This document shows, piece by piece, positions 1 to 10,278 of a stretch of 64,000 bases of DNA; the first letter of the stretch is position 1, and each line of letters begins with the position of its first letter. The notes beneath the pieces were generated by a model. It was given only the letters and a program-made list of their open reading frames with translations. It was not told where the DNA came from and did not search any database. The translations under genes were made by a program, and so were the position numbers. The stretch is from positions 42,842,001 through 42,906,000 of the forward strand of contig OX638164.1 in the NCBI GenBank assembly GCA_951804945.1. Reading direction: 5' to 3'. Source of the DNA: Podarcis cretensis (taxonomy: Eukaryota).

Positions 1-1254
1 GAACAAGAGGAAAGAAGGGCTGGAACAAAAGAAGACGTGTTCTCCTACCTGCAGGTGAGCTTCATTGTAGTGACATGGAATAGGGCCTCTTCTGACAACT
101 CAGTCACCGCAACCTGAAAGAGTCTAGCACAAAGAGTTGCAGATGGAACACAATAGCAGGGAGCACAGCTATCTTACACCCTTGACCGAAGAACGGTACA
201 CTCCTCCAATCTGGGATGGCCATCCTCTTCCACCGAGTGCGCCACTTCGGGAGGGATGCACATGGAGCGGTGATGGATACAGCACAATCCACCCCCTTAA
301 CACATTTGTCAGTGAAATCATAGGCTATTATTTTAGAGTTATTACTACCACAGCCACGTTACCTATTGGTGATAGTTTTGCCTGCCCTGTTGTATAGTTA
401 CCTTTTGACGTCCGTTTCCCATTGATTTTGTAATCTTGTCATTGCTGCTGGAAAGACCAGTCATTTCAGTACAGCTCTACTCACTACAACGCTTCTCAAG
501 CATTCGTTCTCCTTCCACTGGAATCCTCCACTTGCAAGACACACTGGAGACATATTCCAGAGTTTAAGGCTCCATTTTAAGATGGGAATATACAGAAAGG
601 AGAGACCGGTACAAAAGCATTGCATTGAAAAAGGTCACTGAGTAGTCTTCATTCAAAGACTAATTAGTTTGTAAGGTAAATAAAACGTTAAGACTTTAAA
701 GTGTCTTAGTACAAGAACTGCAGGTGGAAAAGAGATTTTCTCTCCAGCCAAGCACGAGATACTCACCTAGAAGCCCTCCAGTCAGAATACATGAAACTGC
801 ATTGTTACTTTAATTGTGATGTAGCGTTTCAAGTTTACTTGATAGGTATTTGCACCTGTCACCACTTCTGACAAATCAAGAGTATTTAAAAGTTACCTTC
901 CTTCAACTGCAGTGCTAGTTACTGGCAAAGGAAGCTGACTGCTAGATCCGCTTTTTAAATTGGTATTTTAAATATATTACCTTCAGTGCTAGAGGATCCA
1001 AGTTTTTTGTATAGAGTCAACGCTTTGTGTTGTCTCAGCAATGAGCTAAATAGCTGTTCCTAAAAGATGCTTAGCGAAAATAAAATAAAATCCAAAATCC
1101 TTGGTTATTACCACTAGATAATCACATTACACATCAGGGGTAATTTTGCCTGGCCTGTTCCATAGTTACCATTTGAGCTCCATTTCCCGTATCTTTTTGT
1201 AATCTTGCAGGTTCTGCTGGAAAGGCTTAGTGCAGCTGATGTTCTCCTCTGCTT

Positions 1255-1380
1255 CCTCATTTGATCCTCACAAGAACCCTGTGAGGTAGGTTAGGCTGAG
1301 AGACAGAGAGCTGCTTCATGGCAGAGGGAGGATTTGAACTCTAGTCTCCCAGGTCCTAATCCACCACTCTAGCCACTCTC
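1255..1380 (-). mobile_element. MIR-like/Squam3-like SINE fragment
   Basis: Contains 'ccctgtgaggtaggttaggctgagag...ggatttgaactc..tctccc', the reverse complement of a tRNA-derived head plus MIR-type core. Similar fragments at about 10800-10980, 38890-39045 and 52395-52545. Confidence 0.55.
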
Positions 1381-2974
1381 AGCAACTTCCCTCAGAGGAA
1401 GCACTTTCCCACAGGATCCTGGACTTGTCATGTCCCTGAACAGTCCCTCTCCAGTCGCCATCACCAGGTTCATCCTCAAAATGCTTTATTTGCCTTTTCA
1501 GCAAGTTTTTAACTTACCTGTCTTTCTCTCTTTCGAAGGCAACCTGAGCGAACATGAAATCAGAAGGAAGGGTTTTGTCTCCTCCCTGTCTTCTTTGCTC
1601 TTTTTTTTCTCCACATGCACATTTATAGCTTCAACAACCAAAAACCCAAACTTTCCATTCATGAAATGACTTGTCTAGTTGGCTTTTAAAAGAAAAGCCT
1701 TCTATTTTCTCTACTCATTCCCCCACTGGTTTAAGCAGACTTCATATCCATGTACCCTTTCATGTGCTCCTTCTTTTCATCAAAATACTCATTAGTTTGA
1801 AAGGTAAATAAAACTTGATTCCCCCCTTCACATTCCTTCATTTTCTCTTGGCTTTTCCAGTCCATTATTTTTAATTTTCCTGGTTCTCTTTAAAATCTCC
1901 ATCTTTGATTTTTTTTCAGTTTTCAGTTTAAATTTTGCTTGGCTAAACTCTTTTGGAGGGACTTTCTCAAAGTCCATCATCAGTCTACAATTTACTGTCC
2001 CTGTGTTATTAGGATTAAGTCTTTTTTGATCTTCTATTTTTCTTCAGTTTCCTTTTAGTTTAAAATTCAATGCTTCTCCTAACACTTTTTAGGGACAAAT
2101 ACCCGACTAAGATATATGCACACAGTATTTGAAATCAACCACAGCAGAGATCACAGATGAAAATTACCTGTGTCCCTTTTTAAAGTTGTAAACGATGAAT
2201 TTCAGCAGAGTAAAATCCCTTCACTTACTCTAAAAAAAATTCCCAATGGTTTTGAAAAGCAATCTAACCTAAACTGGTTTCAGTTGCCTTTTCAAACCTG
2301 TTTCATCTTCCCCAGCCTCCCTCTCCTAATCCCTCTGCCCATGAGCTCCTTCAGCTCCGACCAGTGAGAGGGCTAAAACCAGCATCACAGCCAAGGACAG
2401 GCTCACTCACCGGAATGCGGCTCGCTCCTTCCGCCACCAGTAGGTCATAACCACACATAAAAAAGTCCCTTGCAGCATTAATACAGTGGGTGCAAACGTC
2501 TTTATTTTTTACATGGGGTCACTTCAGGGCTTTGATGGGAAATGAGTATTTTCTTTCCAAATTAATACATTCTGGAAATGCAAGGGAACTGAATTTGTAA
2601 TCCACCCAGATCTCATGGATTACAAACCACAGGAACATGACCTGTACAGGAAAATAAGGGCAAGACTATGGGAAGAGGGGCTGGTCTGGATCTCAGTGGC
2701 CCCCATTGAATTCTATGCAATCTGGGGGACAGATGGAAAGGACAGCAGCTGCGTCTCACTCCTGATATTTACGCTGTGTATACACAACATTCTATGACAG
2801 AATGAAGGAAGACTGGGTGCTGCTTGTTGTTGTTTTCTTGAAAAATGGCTTACAAAGAAAGTGGGGGAGTAATTTTAAATCATTGCTCTTGTTTTTAGCA
2901 TACTGGCCGTCTTTCCCTTGAAAATTGCTTTGTTGAAATATAAAGACTCTCCTCCCTGCAAGAGAGGGGAGTGG

Positions 2975-3706
2975 TTGTGGGCGGGAGCCCGAGCTCCGCC
3001 CCTAGCAGGGGGCGTTAGCCCCCTGCCATCACCTCACCTGGCTGGCGCCCACGCCCCTCAGCGGGCATCCAACCAGGTGCCTGAGGGGGGCGTGTTCAGC
3101 AGCCTTTTGCTGCGGCGGCAGCCTTCGCCCGTCCTCATTCTTCGTCCTCTCGCCACGAGTCACCCACCCTCCACTCCCTTTTAGTTAGGGCTTAGGTCAC
3201 TGGCCTTGCTATGGACCTTAGGTTGGTCGCCCTGGTTGACTAGGGGGCCTGGTAGGAGTTTTTCCATTTGGCATTAGGCCTTTTTGGTTTTTTCGCCTAC
3301 CTCGTAGCAATCGTCACAACTTTTTGTGGCATTGGTGGGTAGGTTAGGCATTGGAATAATGTGTTGTGCTGTGTCGAAGAGCTAGGTGTGGCCATCGCCT
3401 ATGCCTTCAATTTTTAGGGGTATTCCGTTAAAGGAATCTGGCGGTCGTGTATTCTGTCCGATGCCTGCTTGGCGGGAGGCCATGGCACGACCCTCGGTGA
3501 CATTAGAGGTGAGCCTATAGTTGGATCGGCATCAACTGGCTCCACCTACTGGTGAATAAACCCACTTGTTCAAATCCAATGCCTAAGCCAATACCTTTTC
3601 ACTGCTGTAATCAATAAAGTTGTGGCCTTTCCTTGCCCGTTAACCTTATATCACGTGTCCGTGTGTATTCTTTCCACATTGCGGGGGTCGGGTCCTCGAA
3701 CCACAA
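2975..3706 (+). mobile_element. Retroelement terminal repeat remnant (Ngaro/DIRS-type tyrosine-recombinase element, or solo LTR)
   Basis: CpG-retaining block of about 730 bp in AT-rich context. Ends are inverted (ttgtgg...ccacaa), 'aataaagttgtggcc' lies near the 3' end, and no TSD is visible. Confidence 0.5.
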
Positions 3707-4299
3707 TACCTGGTTGGTGGATGAGAGACAGTTAGAGGTGAGAGACCATGTGAAATTGCTTTGGATATGGTTTTATCCTGCTACTCACCTCAGTTGTGTA
3801 ATGCATGATGTCATTCATCCAGTTGCCAATGCCAATAGATTCAAAGCTCTCCTAATCAGCATTCATTTTTAAAGGAATCTGCCTTGCTTGGTGCACTTCT
3901 TTCTTGCACTGGGCAAGGAAAACACGGCCACTGAGAGAGAGTAGAAGGCTGATCTGTTAGAAGATGGTAAACTGGTATTTTCCTTTAACATTTTAGCAGC
4001 CACTGGCCCATTTGAAAACGGGGGCTGACTGGTAGTATTCCAAATAAGACCACACTTGACTTGTCTAGCTTGATATCCTAATTACATATAATGTGACTGC
4101 AATGAAAGTTTTGCTTGAGATGATAGCTTGTTTGCATGACTATTCAGTAGTTATTCTTTTCATACTCGGCAGGAGAATGTCAGTGTCATGACAGATGATT
4201 TCACACTGGGGAAAATGTTTCATTAGGGGTCCATCTGGTTCACTCTGAGAGACTGCTAAGATTTGGAATACGGTGTTATTTTGCTGTTAGGCAGTGGAA

Positions 4300-4463
4300 C
4301 AGACTCACCTGAAGGGTGGTGGACTCTCCTTCCTTGGAGGTTTTGAGGCAGAGGTTGGATGGCCACCTGTCATGGATGTTTTAGTTGAGCTTCCTGCATC
4401 ACAGGCGGTTGGACTAGATGACCCTCGGGGTCCCTTCCAACTCTGCAATTCTATGATTTTATG
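4300..4463 (+). mobile_element. CR1 LINE 3' fragment
   Basis: 'gtggactctccttccttggaggtttt...ggactagatgaccctcggggtcccttccaactct..attctatgatt' is a typical CR1 3' end and tail. Confidence 0.85.
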
Positions 4464-4480
4464 AATTATAGAATCATAAA

Positions 4481-5001
4481 AATCTTAAAAAGCAGAGAAT
4501 CTTAAAAAGCAGAATCTTAAAAAGCAGAGGCATCACCTTGCCAACAAAGGTCTGTATAGTTAAAGCTATAGTTTTCCCAGTAGTGATGTATGGAAGTGAG
4601 AGCTGGACCATAAAGAAGGCTGATCGCCGAAGAATAGATGCTTTTGAATTATGGTGCTGGAGGAGACTCTTGAGAGTCCCATGGACTGCAAGAAGATCCA
4701 TTCTTAAGGAAATCAGCCCTGAGTGCTCACTGGAAGGACAGATCCTGAAGCTGAGGCTCCAGTACTTTGGCCACCTCATGAGAAGAGAAGACTCCCTGGA
4801 AAAGACCCTGATGTTGGGAAAGATGGAGGGCACAAGGAGAAGGGGATGACAGAGGACGAGATGGTTGGACGGTGTTCTCGAAGCTACCAGCATGAGTTTG
4901 ACCAAACTGCAGGAGGCAGTGGAAGACAGGAGTGCCTGGCGTGCTCTGGTCCAGGGGGTCACGAAGAGTTGGACACGACTAAACGACTAAACAACAACAA
5001 C
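4481..5001 (+). mobile_element. BovB (RTE-clade LINE), 5'-truncated
   Basis: Encodes the RT C-terminal peptide 'IVKAIVFPVVMYGSESWTIKKADRRRIDAFELWCWRRLLRVPWTARRS' and ends in a (caa)n tail. Confidence 0.93.
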
Positions 5002-6344
5002 ATGAATGATGCCATTGTGGTTACTCCTAGACTGCAAGCCTAAAGCTGCCATCTTGTGTATACTTCCTGGGGAGGAAGCCCCACCAAATTCATCCGTGGA
5101 AGTGAGCTTCATGGCTGCAACCCCACGCATAGGAAGAAGGGAAGCTGTCTTATAACTGAATTAGGCCAGTGCTCCCATGTGGCTTTGTATCAATGACAGA
5201 CAGTGTCTCTCTAACGATTTCCCCCAGCAGCCTTATCTGGAAATGCCAGGGACCTAATCTGTGACCTCCTACATACAACACACACACTCCACCACTGTGT
5301 TATAGCTGTGACCCCAAAGCACATTGGTCAGATCACTGGGACTTCCTTCTAAGCAGAGTTAGGATCGGGAGGAACCAAAGGGCCAGGCTGTCAGGGCTGG
5401 AGTCAGATGCAGGTCAGCATGAAGAAGCAAAGGCAGATTTCAGTGCTCAGTCAACTTTTTATTCAAGGAAATGAACATACAACTCAGCGACATTTCCCAG
5501 TAGGTCTTGCCCTTGTGCAGCAGTTGTCAGGACTGATGGTCCCTGCCTTCTAGGGCTCCTCCTCTCCCCAGCAGTCTCAAACAGCTTCTGAGCATCTTTG
5601 GCCTCTGTTCCACTCTCCTCATTATTCTGTGTATTCTTGGAGACAAGGCTGGAGGGGAGATTGTCGCAGCAGGAGAGGGAGACTCCCTGGATTCCTCAGC
5701 AGTCCCTTGTCATTCCTTCTCTGCTTCAGCCTTGGAGTCTGAACTGCTCCCTTGCACAGGTTCTTCCTGCTCACGAAACTTTGTTGCCCTTCAGCATCCA
5801 GATCCTCCTCTCAATCTTCTCCTTCTGACCTCCCCTCAGTGTTCCTTGGGGGTTCCCCACACTGGCGGAGGAAGTGGGGTGCAGTGGGTGCAGTCCACCC
5901 TGGGTGTCATCCCTGGGGGGGGGTGACATCGCGATGCCGCCTCAGGGACACTTGACCTCCCCGCGAGTGCACATCTAGCTCCACCTCTGGGGTTAAATTG
6001 GGGATGGGGGTCGGGCTGGCATTTTGATTACATGGGAGAAAGTCCCACCAAATTCTGAATAGCTTCCTTCAGAATAAGCGCGCAGAGCGCTCGGGTGTCC
6101 AGCCTTAGGTGACGATCCTCTCTCCGCCAAAATTGACCCCGGAGGGAGAAGGGCGACCCACTGCCTTCCCTCGGCCTTGCCAAATCCCTGCTGAGAAGTC
6201 GCGCGCAAGAGCGCAGCACGCCCCGCGCGGGCGAGAAATCGCGCCCTCCCTTGCTCAGTGCGCGCTGCCTCAGGATCGCAGCCGGGTGGAGGAGGAGGAG
6301 GAGGAGTGAAGAGGCTCCCAGGCTGCGGGGAGGAGCGCCAGGCA

Positions 6345-6389
6345 CCAATCCCCCGAGGGGCCCGCCTGCCCTCCGCCCCCCGCTATAAA
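6345..6389 (+). promoter_or_regulatory. NKX3-1 core promoter: CCAAT (6345-6349), GC box (about 6373-6378), TATAAA (6384-6389)
   Basis: Canonical order and spacing, with the TATA box about 70 nt upstream of the ATG at 6460. Confidence 0.7.
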
Positions 6390-6459
6390 TGGCCCTCCGG
6401 AGGCGTCGGGAGCCCAACTCTGGCCGAGCGCCGGGCGCCCCCTCTCGGGCCCGTGGCTC

Positions 6460-6652
6460 ATGGAGGCCCCCGAGGCGCGTCCGGGCGGCGCTGCCCGACC
6501 CAAGCAGCTGACCTCTTTCCTCATCCGAGACATCCTGCGCCCCGGCGGCGCTCCCGCCTCGGAGCCCGGCGGGGAGGCGCGTCCGCCGGCGCGGAGGGAT
6601 CGGCCCGGGGCCAGCCAAGCCCCCGAGAAGCCCGGCGCGGCGGACGCGACAG
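6460..6652 (+). CDS. NKX3-1: Homeobox protein Nkx-3.1, coding exon 1
   Basis: Contains the TN/eh1 motif 'LTSFLIRDIL'. Donor CAG|GTAAGG at 6653. Length 193 nt, phase 1, which joins exon 2 in frame. Confidence 0.9.
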
Positions 6653-7261
6653 GTAAGGGGAGGACCTTGCTCAGTTCCCCCCTCGGCGCTGGGAAGTTCT
6701 CGGAGCAGCCGCTTAGCCTGGCCCACCTGGCAGGGGGGTTGTGCGGGGGGGGGCATGGCAAGTTGGGCTGCTCCGCGCCCCGGGCAGGAGGGCAAGGGCT
6801 CGGCGAAAGGGGAGAAACCGGCAGCTGGCCCGCAGGGCTGCAGGACCTTCAGCTCGCGGATCGGGCAGCGGCTGCCTGGAAGCCTGTCTGTCCCCAAGTG
6901 GGGGAGCAATTGCCTGTTGGGGAATTGCTTTGTAAGTTTTGTAAACTCTTGTCCATATTTTACAAAGGAGGTCCCTGCAGGAGGAAAACCAGCACGGTTC
7001 CTGCAGTGTCTGCCCTGCTAGTTTTCCTCATGCAAGAAGCTTTATATATGGGGGCAATTAAAGAAATGTTTTCGTTGCCCCATTTGCAGTCTGAGATGGT
7101 GCGGTCTGTCCTGTCCCTTTGCTGCCTGAGTCTGCCATGTGAAAGGCAGAATAAGCTGAGACCAGCTCACAGTCCCTCAGGGTGAGCTTTGTGGTTGAGG
7201 GGGGATTTGATCTCTCCAACTAAGTCCAATGCTCTTAACCACAACACCCCACTGCCCCATT

Positions 7262-7560
7262 TGCACCTTACATCTAAAGCAGTATTTAAATAATCACAGA
7301 TTTCCCTAAAGAATCCTGGGAAATTGTAGTTTGTTAAGGGTGCTGAGAGGTGTTTGGGACCCCTTGTCCCACCACAGAGCTGAGCAACCACTCAGGGATT
7401 GATTGTTAACCCACTCTGGGATGGCACCTCTGCAGGGGAAGAGGGGTCTCTGAACAACTTTCAGCAGCCTTGATAAACTACAGTTCCCAGGATTCTTTGT
7501 GTGGGAGTGGAACCCATGATTGCTTAGTATGGTATATTGCCATTTTTACACACATGGTTC
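7262..7560. mobile_element. Palindromic MITE-like element in NKX3-1 intron
   Basis: Inverted arms 'aagaatcctgggaaattgtagtttgttaagg' and 'ccttgataaactacagttcccaggattctt'. Relatives at about 11355-11470, 34815-34985, 46570-46860 and 53155-53290. Confidence 0.65.
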
Positions 7561-7715
7561 AGAGGGGGCCTTATAAGCAAAATGCAAAGATCAAGAAAGT
7601 ACACAAAATGCCGTGTTGTCATACACACATCCCATGTGCAGTGTGATTGTGTGGTTTACAGTGCAGGATTTGCTGTGGAGATCAAGGTGGCCTAAACATG
7701 CCAATTGATTGTAGG

Positions 7716-7716
<1 letters not shown>

Positions 7717-7755
<39 letters not shown>
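7717..7755. repeat. (TG)n microsatellite followed by a CCTT-rich tract
   Basis: Directly visible. Confidence 0.95.
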
Positions 7756-7756
<1 letters not shown>

Positions 7757-7858
7757 TCCCTCCCTCCTTCCTTCCTTCCTTCCTTCCATCACCTCCCTCC
7801 CAAATTTTTGGTATTGTTTAAATAGGTCATAACTTTCCCCTTTCTGCTTCTCTACTAG

Positions 7859-8268
7859 ATCAGTCTGCAGAGGCCTTCCTCTCTCATTCTGAGAACACCC
7901 CCAAATCCTTACCGAGACTCCCAAAGCAGCAGAAGCGTTCCCGGGCTGCCTTCTCCCACATGCAGGTCATAGAGCTTGAGAAGAAGTTCAATCACCAGAA
8001 GTACCTGTCTGCACCTGAGCGAGCCCACCTAGCCAAGCACCTGAAACTCACAGAAACCCAAGTGAAAATCTGGTTCCAGAACAGAAGATATAAGACCAAG
8101 AGGAAGCAGCTGGCCTCAGAATTTGGTGGACTTGATAAGAACTCGGCAATTCCAGCCTTCAAAGAACGTGACTTCTGCAGGGCTACTCTGGCCCTTTCTG
8201 TGTACCACAGCTACCAGTATAATCCATATGTCTACTACCTGAATGGCTGGAGTCCAGTCTTGTGGTAA
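7859..8268 (+). CDS. NKX3-1: Homeobox protein Nkx-3.1, coding exon 2 (homeodomain and C-terminus)
   Basis: Polypyrimidine tract plus TAG acceptor. Homeodomain '[60 protein letters not shown]' carries the NK-class Tyr54. Tyr-rich tail ends 'WSPVLW'. Spliced CDS is 603 nt. Adjacent to SLC25A37 as in mammals. Confidence 0.96.
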
Positions 8269-10069
8269 CTAATATACTGAGTGATCTACTTGCCATAGGG
8301 TCTAAAAACACTCTTCAGCCACCACCCAGCCACTGACTTTGCAACAGTGGGGTAGATTGCAAGTCAGACTTTGCCAGAGAGTCTTCCTCCTGTTTTATTT
8401 TTTTCTCCTCTGTCTTGGGACATCCAGGGAGCTCACATGGTGCTCTTGAGCTACAGCTATGGATAGTGCTGTGTTTGCTTCCCATGGTGCAAACTGGGTG
8501 ACATGCAAAATAAATATTATAAAATATTCCTCCATTCCTGCAAGGGATCACATCTTTCCTCGAAAGTCAGTCTGCAAAGTAATTCCCGACCTGCATATAA
8601 TGTGCAGCACGTTTCACGTGTAGGGAGAGAGATACTACTATATTGTGAGAAATGCATTGAATGATGGAAACTCCAGAAGTGTTCATCCCTAGAAGAGGCT
8701 GCCTGCTTCAGGGAAAGACCAGCGCTCAGCAGGGCAGCACATGTTTTTTGTGCAGAAAGCCCCCAGTCCAATCCCTCGCATCTCTAGTGAGAAAGATCGG
8801 GCAGTACAGCAGTCTTGAACCTTTTCTGGCCTGACACACACACCCCTTGCCCCCAAGCATGGATTTGGGGACCCACTTCTTAATTATTAATATTCCTTAA
8901 ATTATCAATTTGTATGATGGCCGGGCTGCTTTTGTGGTCTGCCTTACGTCAGGCTGTGATCCAGTGGTGCAGAGCCAAGCTGATGCCATCCAGATGTTGT
9001 CAGACTCCAATTCCCCCCATCTCTGGCTATTTGCCATGCTGGCTGAAGCTGATGAGAGTCCAGCCCATCTGGAGGGACCCAGGCTGACTGTCCAGGCACT
9101 CCTGGGAAGGGATAAAGCTCAGGGGTAGAGCAGTTGCTTTTCATGAGGAAGGTCCTGGGTTCAAGCCCAGCATTGCCAGGCAGGGCTGGGAGAGAGATTC
9201 CAATAGTCTGACGGTATAAGGCGGCTTCCTATCACCCACCATTTGAGGCTGCAGGTGATGGGTGGAGAAGGACCTTTGCCTGAGACTCTGGAACAGTGTG
9301 GTGACCTCTAAATATTGTAGGACTCCAGTTGCCCACCAGTCCCCTAGCCAACATGGCCAATGGTTGGGGATCACATAATGTGCTATTTAACCATGTTTGG
9401 TGGGTACCACATTGACTTCTCTTGCTATGAAGAGATCCTGGCAGCCAGGGTAGACAACAATGGGCAAGAGGGCCAAATAGTCTGACATGGTGAAACCCAA
9501 CTCCCTGTGTTTCTTTGTTGTGTCACTGTATGATGAGCAGTTTCCTATCACAACAGAGAACTCCAATCAAGTTTCATGCATTTCTTTCAGTGCAGAGGTA
9601 CAGCACCTTCACACTGCCTTTTGTGTTTCTGGGTGAATTACTGCTGTGGCTTTGCTTTGTTTTTATGTAAAATGTATGCCCAGAGCAATTATGCAAGACT
9701 GTGGAAAGCTGCCTTATACAGAATCAGACCACTGGTCCACCTAGTTCAGTATTACACTGACTAGCAGTAGCTCTCTAGAGAGGAATCTTTTCTTACCTGG
9801 GGCTTCCTGCACTTTGCTGCTGAGCAGAGATTTAACTTTCTGCTTTTTCTTTCCCAGAAAGCAAATCTCTTCTGGGATATGAGATGGAGCATGTATTCAA
9901 TTTTATTTCCATGGAACGGTGTCTGTGCTTTGGCTAAGACATCAGGAAAACCCTGTGTTTAAACAGAGGCAAGAGAGAGTGAGCTTCCCTCAAGGAAAAA
10001 ATCTGTTAGGTGTGTGGCTGCGATGGTGGTGTAGATCTTTGTGAAGTGGCCAGCTCTGAAGAGTGCAGC

Positions 10070-10233
10070 ACACAGCTCCCCATCTTTCATAACCTTTAGG
10101 AGACATCTGAAGGCAGCCCTGGGTGGGATTTTTTTTTTTAATGTTTAATGTTTTGTCATGCTTTTATATATGTTGGAAGCCACCCAGAGTGGCTGGGGCA
10201 ACCCAGTCAGATGGGCGGGCTATAAATAATAAA

Positions 10234-10272
<39 letters not shown>
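10070..10272 (+). mobile_element. L2-type LINE 3' end with (ATT)n tail
   Basis: 'agacatctgaaggcagccctg...gaagccacccagagtggctgggg..cagatgggcggg.tataaataataaa' followed by (att)n. Confidence 0.75.

Positions 10273-10278
<6 letters not shown>

Larger units (their letters stand above)
6080..6870. promoter_or_regulatory. CpG island over NKX3-1 promoter and exon 1
   Basis: Very GC- and CpG-dense relative to the flanks. Confidence 0.85.

Noticed and set aside
6028-6909. 293-aa and other long ORFs overlapping the CpG island
   Set aside because: Low-complexity G/A/P/R-rich products of stop-poor GC-rich DNA, antisense to or out of frame with NKX3-1 exon 1.
6653-7185. C-terminal part of the 241-aa ORF starting at 6460
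   Set aside because: Read-through past the strong donor at 6653. It has no homeodomain and is intronic.
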